Of a DNA stretch of 64,000 nucleotides, positions 57,816 to 64,000 are shown one piece after another (position 1 is the stretch's first letter; the number at the start of each line of letters is the position of its first letter). Source of the stretch: a virus (lineage: Duplodnaviria; Caudoviricetes); IMG/VR virus record IMGVR_UViG_2711768659_000002, positions 6,897 to 70,896 of that record; one strand, written 5' to 3'. The notes under the pieces are model-generated. The model did no database searches. It was not told the origin of the DNA and worked only from the letters and a program-made list of their open reading frames with translations. Both the position numbers and the translations under genes were made by a program.

Positions 57816-57866
57816 CCGTCTGCGGGTACCGCACTGATGATGGTCTCTGAAATGAGGCCGAAACGG
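57816..57866 (+). ncRNA. Type III hammerhead ribozyme
   Basis: ccGUC | ugcgg-gua-ccgca CUGAUGA u ggucuc-ugaaau-gaggcc GAAA cgg; predicted cleavage after C57820. Confidence 0.8.
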
Positions 57867-57886
57867 AAAGTGTAAAGGAGGTTCAT

Positions 57887-58333
57887 ATGATGAAAAAATC
57901 TTATTTTAATTGTGACAGAGGATTTGCCGAAATGCTGCAATATAACCACAAGACCTTGGCGGACGAAGTCGTTGATATTTTAAAATCTGAATTCTTGAGG
58001 CTGGGCGTCCTGCCAGAAGACCGCAATGAATACACAGAGAACTGCATCAAGAGCATAAAAGAAGCAATCCAGTACTGGAACATAGGAACCGAAGCCATTG
58101 AACACATGAACGAGGCCATAGAAAGCCTTGAAGCATACCTGGAAGAAACAGAGGCCGCTAAATCATGTGAAGAGTTAAAAAATGCATTGCTCCACTTAAA
58201 AGATGCTTTTATTGGTGTCTTGCAGGCCAGTGATTACGAAACAGAGTTTGACGGCCTTAAATACCCGTTTGACTGCAATTTTAAAGAGATGGTAAACAAA
58301 GTCATCGACTGGGTTGACTTTGAGATAATATAG
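57887..58333 (+). CDS. Hypothetical acidic early protein
   Basis: AAGGAGG RBS right after the hammerhead. Confidence 0.75.
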   Translation: MMKKSYFNCDRGFAEMLQYNHKTLADEVVDILKSEFLRLGVLPEDRNEYTENCIKSIKEAIQYWNIGTEAIEHMNEAIESLEAYLEETEAAKSCEELKNALLHLKDAFIGVLQASDYETEFDGLKYPFDCNFKEMVNKVIDWVDFEII

Positions 58334-58439
58334 CAGCCTGGCACCGACCAAAGTACACAGGCTGCTACGAATACACAACCAACAACGGGCCGTGTGACTA
58401 TATTTTAGCACGGCTCCCCACGAAAGGGGAAGAAATATT

Positions 58440-58808
58440 ATGATTAACACAAATTTAAAGGCAACAGCCATATTTGATAATGGCGGAGGATTAACTCTCC
58501 AATTAGGTGATAATTACGGTCACTACTATCCACACAACATGCAACAGGCCGCAGAGGACTACGCTCAATACCTGGCAGATCAGGACACCAGTTGGTGGGA
58601 GGGCAACGAGGATGACGCAAGAGAGCTGGAGCCTGAGCTGGAGCAAATCCGTAACGGTGGATATAAGGTTTATAATGCGTCAGATATCGCCGGGTTACTC
58701 CCAATGATTGATACCCAGCAGTTTAAAGAGGATGGATATATTACGGGTTGGTATAATGTTGACGAGTTTGTAACGGCCCTGTCGGCATTGACTAATGTAA
58801 GTATTTAG
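58440..58808 (+). CDS. Hypothetical early protein
   Basis: ORF after a structured spacer. Confidence 0.7.
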   Translation: MINTNLKATAIFDNGGGLTLQLGDNYGHYYPHNMQQAAEDYAQYLADQDTSWWEGNEDDARELEPELEQIRNGGYKVYNASDIAGLLPMIDTQQFKEDGYITGWYNVDEFVTALSALTNVSI

Positions 58809-58858
58809 GTTTATCAACAACAATTTTGATTCCCGGTTTTCGGGAGAATGGAGGATAT

Positions 58859-59170
58859 ATGACTAAGCTCAATAAATGGTTTGATATGACAAATGATGGT
58901 GAATTGTATACAACGTATACGCGCGATTCTTGGGAAGTTCCCGAGGAGGGAACAGAAATATGGTGTACTGGATGGCCTCGCGGGCAGACGATTAAACCCT
59001 ATGGTGATGGGTGTCATGTTGTGGTAGGGCTGAGCATCTACCACTGTGATCAGCTGATGGAAATTCTTATGCGTTTAGAATCTGAGGGTCACAAATGGGG
59101 TATTGACGGCGTAACAGCCAAACGTGAGCAGCAGATAGGCGGTTATTGGGTACCTGTTCATATCTCATAA
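58859..59170 (+). CDS. Hypothetical early protein
   Basis: GGAGG RBS. Confidence 0.65.
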   Translation: MTKLNKWFDMTNDGELYTTYTRDSWEVPEEGTEIWCTGWPRGQTIKPYGDGCHVVVGLSIYHCDQLMEILMRLESEGHKWGIDGVTAKREQQIGGYWVPVHIS

Positions 59171-59247
59171 TTTTGCAGATGGGCGGCCTTATGGCCGTTA
59201 ATGCGCTCCCGGATACCGGGAACCCGTCCAAAGCCGGGAAGCATGAC
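59166..59247 (+). ncRNA. Circularly permuted (type P5-like) twister ribozyme
   Basis: GCA-GA-UGG-GCGGCC-uuau-GGCCGU-UAA-UGC-GC-[P3]-A-CCCG-UCCAAAGC-CGGG; both pseudoknots pair; predicted cleavage U59199/A59200. Confidence 0.8.
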
Positions 59248-59262
59248 AGGAGGGTTTATCAG

Positions 59263-59565
59263 ATGGGAAGTTTATCACAGCTCAAAAAAGAATTGCAAAA
59301 GGGCAAAAGGTTTATAGTGCTTGACCATCAAAAGCCAGACTTAATTGGAACAGTCAGAGAGGTAAGCACCGTTCAAGGCAATGCCATTTATACCAAAATA
59401 GCAGACAATCCCGAACATAAGCATTCCATATGCAATGGCGGCAGAGGTTTGAGAATGGATTACGCAAAAGCAAGCTGCTATGAGTTTGGCGACAGCATCA
59501 AATGGTTTGCGGCTCCTATCGGAACTGACGATAACAGGCTGATTATGGAATTTAAGCTGCTATAA
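59263..59565 (+). CDS. Hypothetical early protein
   Basis: AGGAGG RBS right after the twister. Confidence 0.7.
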   Translation: MGSLSQLKKELQKGKRFIVLDHQKPDLIGTVREVSTVQGNAIYTKIADNPEHKHSICNGGRGLRMDYAKASCYEFGDSIKWFAAPIGTDDNRLIMEFKLL

Positions 59566-59616
59566 GGCTTTATCAGCGGCCCGGCAAATCCGGGCCTGAA
59601 AGGAGGATATAATAAC

Positions 59617-59805
59617 ATGAATATCAAAAAGAAAAACCTGAAGGACCCGCCTGATTTTTGCTTCTGCTGCGGGAGAAGACTGGAAATCACGGAATACGTT
59701 CTTGATCTCGGAACAGCTGGGTCTACATTTGAACTGTGCAGAAGCTGCCTTAATAGGCTTAAAATAAAGGCAGAAAAAGCATTAATTAAGGATGGGCCCG
59801 GTTAA
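59617..59805 (+). CDS. Small Zn-finger early protein
   Basis: CFCC...CRSC; AGGAGG RBS. Confidence 0.65.
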   Translation: MNIKKKNLKDPPDFCFCCGRRLEITEYVLDLGTAGSTFELCRSCLNRLKIKAEKALIKDGPG

Positions 59806-59832
59806 TTCCGGGTCTAAAAGGAGGTTTATCAA

Positions 59833-60045
59833 GTGGCACAAGAAAAACTCTATCATTGTTGCAATACCTGTAAGCATAAAGCGAATAATTTTTATGATTG
59901 CACTATCCCGAAAGAATGCCTTAATGGGTTTAGCGCTTACGAGCCAAACGAAGAAATGGCGAAGCAAGAAGCGGAAGAGGCTTTATCAGTACTCAAAAAT
60001 ATGCCGAGCCCGGCGGTAATTCCGGGCGGAAGGAGCAGATTATGA
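59833..60045 (+). CDS. Small Cys-rich early protein
   Basis: AGGAGG RBS; CNTC. Confidence 0.6.
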   Translation: MAQEKLYHCCNTCKHKANNFYDCTIPKECLNGFSAYEPNEEMAKQEAEEALSVLKNMPSPAVIPGGRSRL

Positions 60046-60320
60046 TACGACAAATGGAAGTAATAAATAGATATCCATATGGAGTACCAACAGCCACAAG
60101 CTTTATCAAGGTAACAGGCGAGGATGGCGTATTTTATGACATTGTTAGGTCATTCGACAGCCAGAAACACAGAGGAATGTTGCAGGATGAAGGCTATGAA
60201 GCCGAGGTTGTGCCACCAAAGGTTGTGCCTTCCTGTACAATGAGAGATTTTACAAATGGTCTTGGAAGTTATATGCCTGTTGTGTTTAGAGATGGCGGGG
60301 ATTTTTACCATAAGCCGTAA
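60042..60320 (+). CDS. Hypothetical early protein
   Basis: AAGGAG RBS; ATGA overlap. Confidence 0.6.
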   Translation: MIRQMEVINRYPYGVPTATSFIKVTGEDGVFYDIVRSFDSQKHRGMLQDEGYEAEVVPPKVVPSCTMRDFTNGLGSYMPVVFRDGGDFYHKP

Positions 60321-60543
60321 TGCAGATTGGTATATATGGGCATCCAACAGGATTTACCCTCTGGCAAGTTCCCAGCTTCGGCAACTTTATCAAGCACACT
60401 GATAGAGGCGAGAGGGCAGTAATGGGTTTATCAGCGGTCCGGTTAATTCCGGGAAAGGGTATATAATAATTTCAATCCACACTTTTCCCGTGACAACCTT
60501 GGTTTACCAAATTCATAATTTTATTTCAAGGAGGAATTGCAAC

Positions 60544-61368
60544 GTGAGAGCAGCTATTTACACACGCGTAAGCACCGAGGAGCAGGCTCGTGAAGGCTAT
60601 TCCCTGGCAGCCCAGGAAAAAGTTTTGCGTGATTATTGCGAGCTTAAAAATATAGAGGTTATAGAAGTATATTCAGATGAGGGCATTTCCGCAGGAACTA
60701 TGATAAAACGTCCGGACATGCTAAGAATGCTTTCAGATGCGAGGGAGTATAAATTCGATTTTATTCTTGTTTGGAAATTGACCAGGTTTAGTAGAAATTT
60801 AAAGGATTTGCTTAATACTTGTGACGAACTCGAAAGACACGGAGTTTATCTGCAAAGTTTTTCTGAAAACTTTGACGGCAAAACACCCGCAGGACGACTA
60901 ATGCGCGGAGTGTTGGGCCTTATGGGGCAATTTGAAAGAGAGGTCTTATCTGAAAATGTTATTCTCGGTTTAACTGAGCGTGCATATGGGGGTGCAAGGA
61001 CATGCAGTCAACTTCTTGGCTATGATGTAATCAAAGGTGGCAGTATGACTGTTAATCAAACTGAGGCAGAGATAGTCAAATTTATTTTTAGTACATACCT
61101 GAAGTACAAAAATTTAACTGAGGTTGCGTCATTATGTCGCCAAAAGGGTTTCCGTGGCAAACGTGGCAGGAAATTTGATGCATTCAAGATTGAGGTAATA
61201 CTTACCCGTTTTGTATATGCGGGGTTTTACAATTGGCATAATAAGCCACTAAAAGGAGATTTCGAGCCAATCATTAGTATCAAAACATACAACAAGACAC
61301 AACAATTGTTAAAGGCTCAAGGTTCAATCGTCGGCAGAAATCGTAAACACGAACTCGTATTTTTGTAG
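60544..61368 (+). CDS. Serine recombinase (catalytic plus recombinase domain; no Zn-ribbon/coiled coil)
   Basis: AAIYTRVSTEEQ..GYSL..Q, DEGISAG...RP, KLTRFSRN, GYD; only about 274 aa. Confidence 0.9.
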   Translation: MRAAIYTRVSTEEQAREGYSLAAQEKVLRDYCELKNIEVIEVYSDEGISAGTMIKRPDMLRMLSDAREYKFDFILVWKLTRFSRNLKDLLNTCDELERHGVYLQSFSENFDGKTPAGRLMRGVLGLMGQFEREVLSENVILGLTERAYGGARTCSQLLGYDVIKGGSMTVNQTEAEIVKFIFSTYLKYKNLTEVASLCRQKGFRGKRGRKFDAFKIEVILTRFVYAGFYNWHNKPLKGDFEPIISIKTYNKTQQLLKAQGSIVGRNRKHELVFL

Positions 61369-61550
61369 TGATGGCTTTAGATTCTCACTCATAGGTTTAT
61401 CTGTGCTTAAAATAATTCGGGGCAATTCCCCACGCGCGCGTACTACACATATTTAAGTTTTTATATTTATTTTATTATATATTACTAAGGGTATATACCT
61501 TCTCCTTCTCCTAACCTACTATATTTAAATATAGTATATATTATATATGT

Positions 61551-61630
61551 AGGTTAACGGCGTTTTGCGGTGAAATGCGGCGTTCTTCGGTGATGTTCGG
61601 TGATTGTCGGTGATGTTCGGCGTTTTGCGG
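61551..61630 (-). repeat. Eight phased 10-bp iterons matching those in the initiator gene, followed (on minus strand) by an AT-rich tract
   Basis: Minus strand: ccgcaaaacg/ccgaacatca/ccgacaatca/ccgaacatca/ccgaagaacg/ccgcatttca/ccgcaaaacg/ccgttaacct. Confidence 0.85.
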
Positions 61631-61665
61631 TGTTACAAATATTTACAGTGAAAGGATGTGATTCT

Positions 61666-61857
61666 ATGACGAATGCACAGGCTCAGGGATATGCTGTTGT
61701 AGCGTTAAGCCGGTTAATTGCAGCAGGACGCATTAAAGGCAATCGGGCAGAATTATGCCGCCTGCTCGACCGGAAGATGTATGATCTGATGGATATCATG
61801 TTTGAAGAAGAGGCCGAGGAAAAAGCCGGAAGAATTTTAGAGGGGAGAGTGGTTTAA
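61666..61857 (+). CDS. Hypothetical 63-aa protein
   Basis: AAGGATGTG RBS; directly abuts the recombinase. Confidence 0.65.
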   Translation: MTNAQAQGYAVVALSRLIAAGRIKGNRAELCRLLDRKMYDLMDIMFEEEAEEKAGRILEGRVV

Positions 61858-62442
61858 ATGCTTAAACTACCAAAAATTATTGACCAAAAGTCTGTCAAAA
61901 AAATGCTGGCACAGATCAACGCCGACTGCCCAACCGGCGCCAGAAACTATGCAATAATCATTATGATGTATCGTGCTGGCCTGCGTGTACAGGAGATATG
62001 CGATTTAGGTTTATCTGACTGCAATTTTGAAACGGGGCTAATATACGTCCAGCAGGGCAAAGGTGGCAAGGACCGGTATGTGCCTATGGATGATGACATT
62101 GAAAAATCATTAAAGGCCTGGTTTGCTGTCCGGCCAGAAAGCCAGTTAGTATTTTGCACGCTTGAAGGCGGTCAGTTGATGCAGAGATACATTAGGGAAG
62201 TCTGCTACAGAATATCTGAGAAAGCCGGCGTATTTATCCAGGACGGCGCTGTAAAAAAGCCTGTAAGCCCTCATAAGCTTAGACATACCTTTTTGACAGA
62301 GGTTTTGAGAGAAGGCACTGTAAACATCCGAGAGGTGCAGGAGCTGGCCGGACACAGTAGCTTAAACACAACAATGGTATATACCCATGTGGTTATGGAT
62401 GAGCTGCAGGAGAAAATTAAGAAAAGGAAGGGAATTACCTGA
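61858..62442 (+). CDS. Short tyrosine recombinase (catalytic domain only, FimB/Xer-like size)
   Basis: YRAGLRVQEICDL, GKGGKDR, PHKLRHTF, LAGHSSLNTTMVY; 194 aa. Confidence 0.92.
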   Translation: MLKLPKIIDQKSVKKMLAQINADCPTGARNYAIIIMMYRAGLRVQEICDLGLSDCNFETGLIYVQQGKGGKDRYVPMDDDIEKSLKAWFAVRPESQLVFCTLEGGQLMQRYIREVCYRISEKAGVFIQDGAVKKPVSPHKLRHTFLTEVLREGTVNIREVQELAGHSSLNTTMVYTHVVMDELQEKIKKRKGIT

Positions 62443-62477
62443 TTTAGTCGACATGAGAGAATTCCCAACGCTTGGAA

Positions 62478-62741
62478 TTACATTTTGTATAGAAACCACT
62501 TGCAAGAAGCAATCTCATACTTCAACTCATATATTTTTTCTGTATTGTCAACAACGCTTTGACATTTATATAAATACATACGGTTTCCTGCAATCTTCTC
62601 TTCCTCCACAGTTATGATTCTGCCCACTCTTATTATAATGCAATCATCACCGTCGGATGCAAACTTAAATTTAACAGGATTAGGTTTTCCTGCCGTTGTA
62701 AACCACGCTATCATTTCTACCGGCCTCATTAAAACTTTCAT
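62478..62741 (-). CDS. Small accessory protein downstream of the Y-family polymerase
   Basis: 87 aa coupled to dinB-like gene; occupies the YolD/UmuD-partner position. Confidence 0.65.
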   Translation of the reverse strand: MKVLMRPVEMIAWFTTAGKPNPVKFKFASDGDDCIIIRVGRIITVEEEKIAGNRMYLYKCQSVVDNTEKIYELKYEIASCKWFLYKM

Positions 62742-62752
62742 TCTGCACCTAC

Positions 62753-64000
62753 CTATAATATACTGGTCATCATTGTATACTCTTCTGCCGGAACTCCTCC
62801 ACTTACAGGAGAATATCCGGAATGTAAAAAACAGGAACGAAACACGGACCGGGTTCCATGCTGCATACGGATACTATCTATGGCAGCATCCAGTTGCTTT
62901 TTCTTCTCATCGTATTTTTCAAATAATGACAGCTGTACAAAATCATTTCCGCAAAACTCACTAACTCTTACTCCAAGTTTACGTATATTTTGCCCTTGCC
63001 ATAACTGATTGAAGAGCATGCATGCAGCCTGATATATATCATTAGTACAATCGGTAGCAGCGGCGAATTTGTGCTGGTGCCCGCAGTGTACAAATTCATT
63101 ACTGGTTATTGATACAGCAACCAAACGTGCACAGTATTTTGCTTGCCTGAGTCTCATACAAACGGTTTCTGTGAGGGATAATAGCACTTTATATGCATCT
63201 TCTCTGCTGTCTACATCATGTCCGATAGTTGTGGAATTTCCAATGCCTTTCATAGGCGGACGGCCGTCAGAAGCAACATCTGAGCTTTCGATTCCGTTTG
63301 CATACTCGCGCATAACTTTCCCGTAACTTTTAAAATAATACGACAGAACTGAAGGGTCTGCCTGAGCTAACTGCCCAATAGTGTATATCCCAAGTTTATG
63401 CAATTTAGGGATAGTAGCACGTCCTATTCCATACAGGTCACCTACCGGTAAGGGCCACATTTTTTTAGGTATTTCATCCTTCCACAACGTATGTACCATA
63501 TCCGGTTTCTTTAAATCTCCTGCGATTTTAGCAAGCAGTTTGTTGTTGGATATACCGATATTTACTGTAAATCCCAACTCCTGCTTTATCCGGTCCTTGA
63601 TTGTATGAGCAGCAGCAGCAGGGTCGGGCCAAATACGCTCCATACATGTGAAATCCAGAAAGCATTCATCAATACTAAAAATTTGGATATTAGGTGAGTA
63701 CTCTTCTAAGAGCCGTATCATAGCTGCACTGCATTGCATATAGAGGTCATACCTGGGTGGAACGACGACTATACTTGGACACCGTTGCCGTACTGCATAA
63801 AGAGATTCACCAGTCTGTATTTGATAAGCTTTAGCTGGAATGCTCTTGGCCAAAACAATTCCATGCCTGGAAGTCTCATCGCCGCCCACGACAGAGGGTA
63901 TCTTCCGGAGATCAACAGTATCTCCGTGTTGAAGTCTCCATGTGGCCTCCCAAGATAAATATGCACTATTAACATCGATATGAAAAATAATCCTATCCAT
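62753..64000 (-). CDS. dinB: Y-family DNA polymerase (DinB/UmuC-like)
   Basis: FHIDVNSAYLS, SIDECFLD, IGISNNKLLAKIA, LYGIG; C-terminal QLSLF clamp motif. Confidence 0.95.
   Translation of the reverse strand: MDRIIFHIDVNSAYLSWEATWRLQHGDTVDLRKIPSVVGGDETSRHGIVLAKSIPAKAYQIQTGESLYAVRQRCPSIVVVPPRYDLYMQCSAAMIRLLEEYSPNIQIFSIDECFLDFTCMERIWPDPAAAAHTIKDRIKQELGFTVNIGISNNKLLAKIAGDLKKPDMVHTLWKDEIPKKMWPLPVGDLYGIGRATIPKLHKLGIYTIGQLAQADPSVLSYYFKSYGKVMREYANGIESSDVASDGRPPMKGIGNSTTIGHDVDSREDAYKVLLSLTETVCMRLRQAKYCARLVAVSITSNEFVHCGHQHKFAAATDCTNDIYQAACMLFNQLWQGQNIRKLGVRVSEFCGNDFVQLSLFEKYDEKKKQLDAAIDSIRMQHGTRSVFRSCFLHSGYSPVSGGVPAEEYTMMTSIL

Larger units (their letters stand above)
1..64000. mobile_element. Prophage (partial; both ends outside the window or unrecognised), Clostridia-type siphovirus-like
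   Basis: Terminase, portal, capsid, tail tube, tape measure, holin/endolysin, RecT/YqaJ, initiator and recombinases are all present in operon-like blocks. Confidence 0.95.

Noticed and set aside
59524-59545. Second hammerhead core (CTGACGA)
   Set aside because: Inside a coding region, with no stem II-GAAA or flanking stems
61551-61630. CRISPR array or coding repeat (ORF track starts a protein at 61600)
   Set aside because: Repeats are contiguous 10-mers without spacers and no cas genes are present; the real start with RBS is at 61666
62400-62480. attR site after the tyrosine recombinase
   Set aside because: No matching direct repeat or disrupted host gene/tRNA found in the window; only a weak hairpin between convergent genes

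Overview
The whole window reads as an internal 64-kb segment of a large temperate, long-tailed prophage from a Clostridia-type Firmicute. The host inference rests on an SLH-domain endolysin, AGGAGG RBSs and sigma-A promoters. Neither att end is visible. Four blocks: (1) 1-23.2 kb, rightward early operon with AAA ATPase-YqaJ-RecT recombination, DnaD-type initiator with internal iterons, a DNA-modification cluster (PAPS-reductase-like, repeat-containing C5 methyltransferase, phage beta-clamp, SNF2-methyltransferase fusion, radical SAM), SNF2, SSB, ASCH and a probable late activator; (2) 23.3-25.9 kb, morons: a RosmerTA-like toxin plus HTH/Zn-peptidase pair and a secreted protein; (3) 25.9-55.7 kb, leftward late operon (packaging, head, tail) with the lysis cassette placed between tape measure and baseplate genes; (4) 55.8-62.4 kb, a non-coding control region, then a rightward cluster of small genes punctuated by self-cleaving ribozymes, and two short recombinases flanking a stand-alone copy of the initiator's iteron array; a leftward DinB operon ends the window. 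The most notable non-coding signals are: the inverted second iteron/ori copy about 55.6 kb from the initiator; a hammerhead and a permuted twister ribozyme; a covarying RBS-sequestering leader in front of both HNH genes; a tRNA-like RNA; a hidden 26-aa type-I-toxin-like gene; a cluster of host-regulator boxes (DnaA, NrdR-like, two Fur-like); and beta-clamp-binding motifs on the modification enzymes. Several small lesions suggest either incipient decay or assembly errors. All family assignments come from motif recognition by eye, not from database searches.
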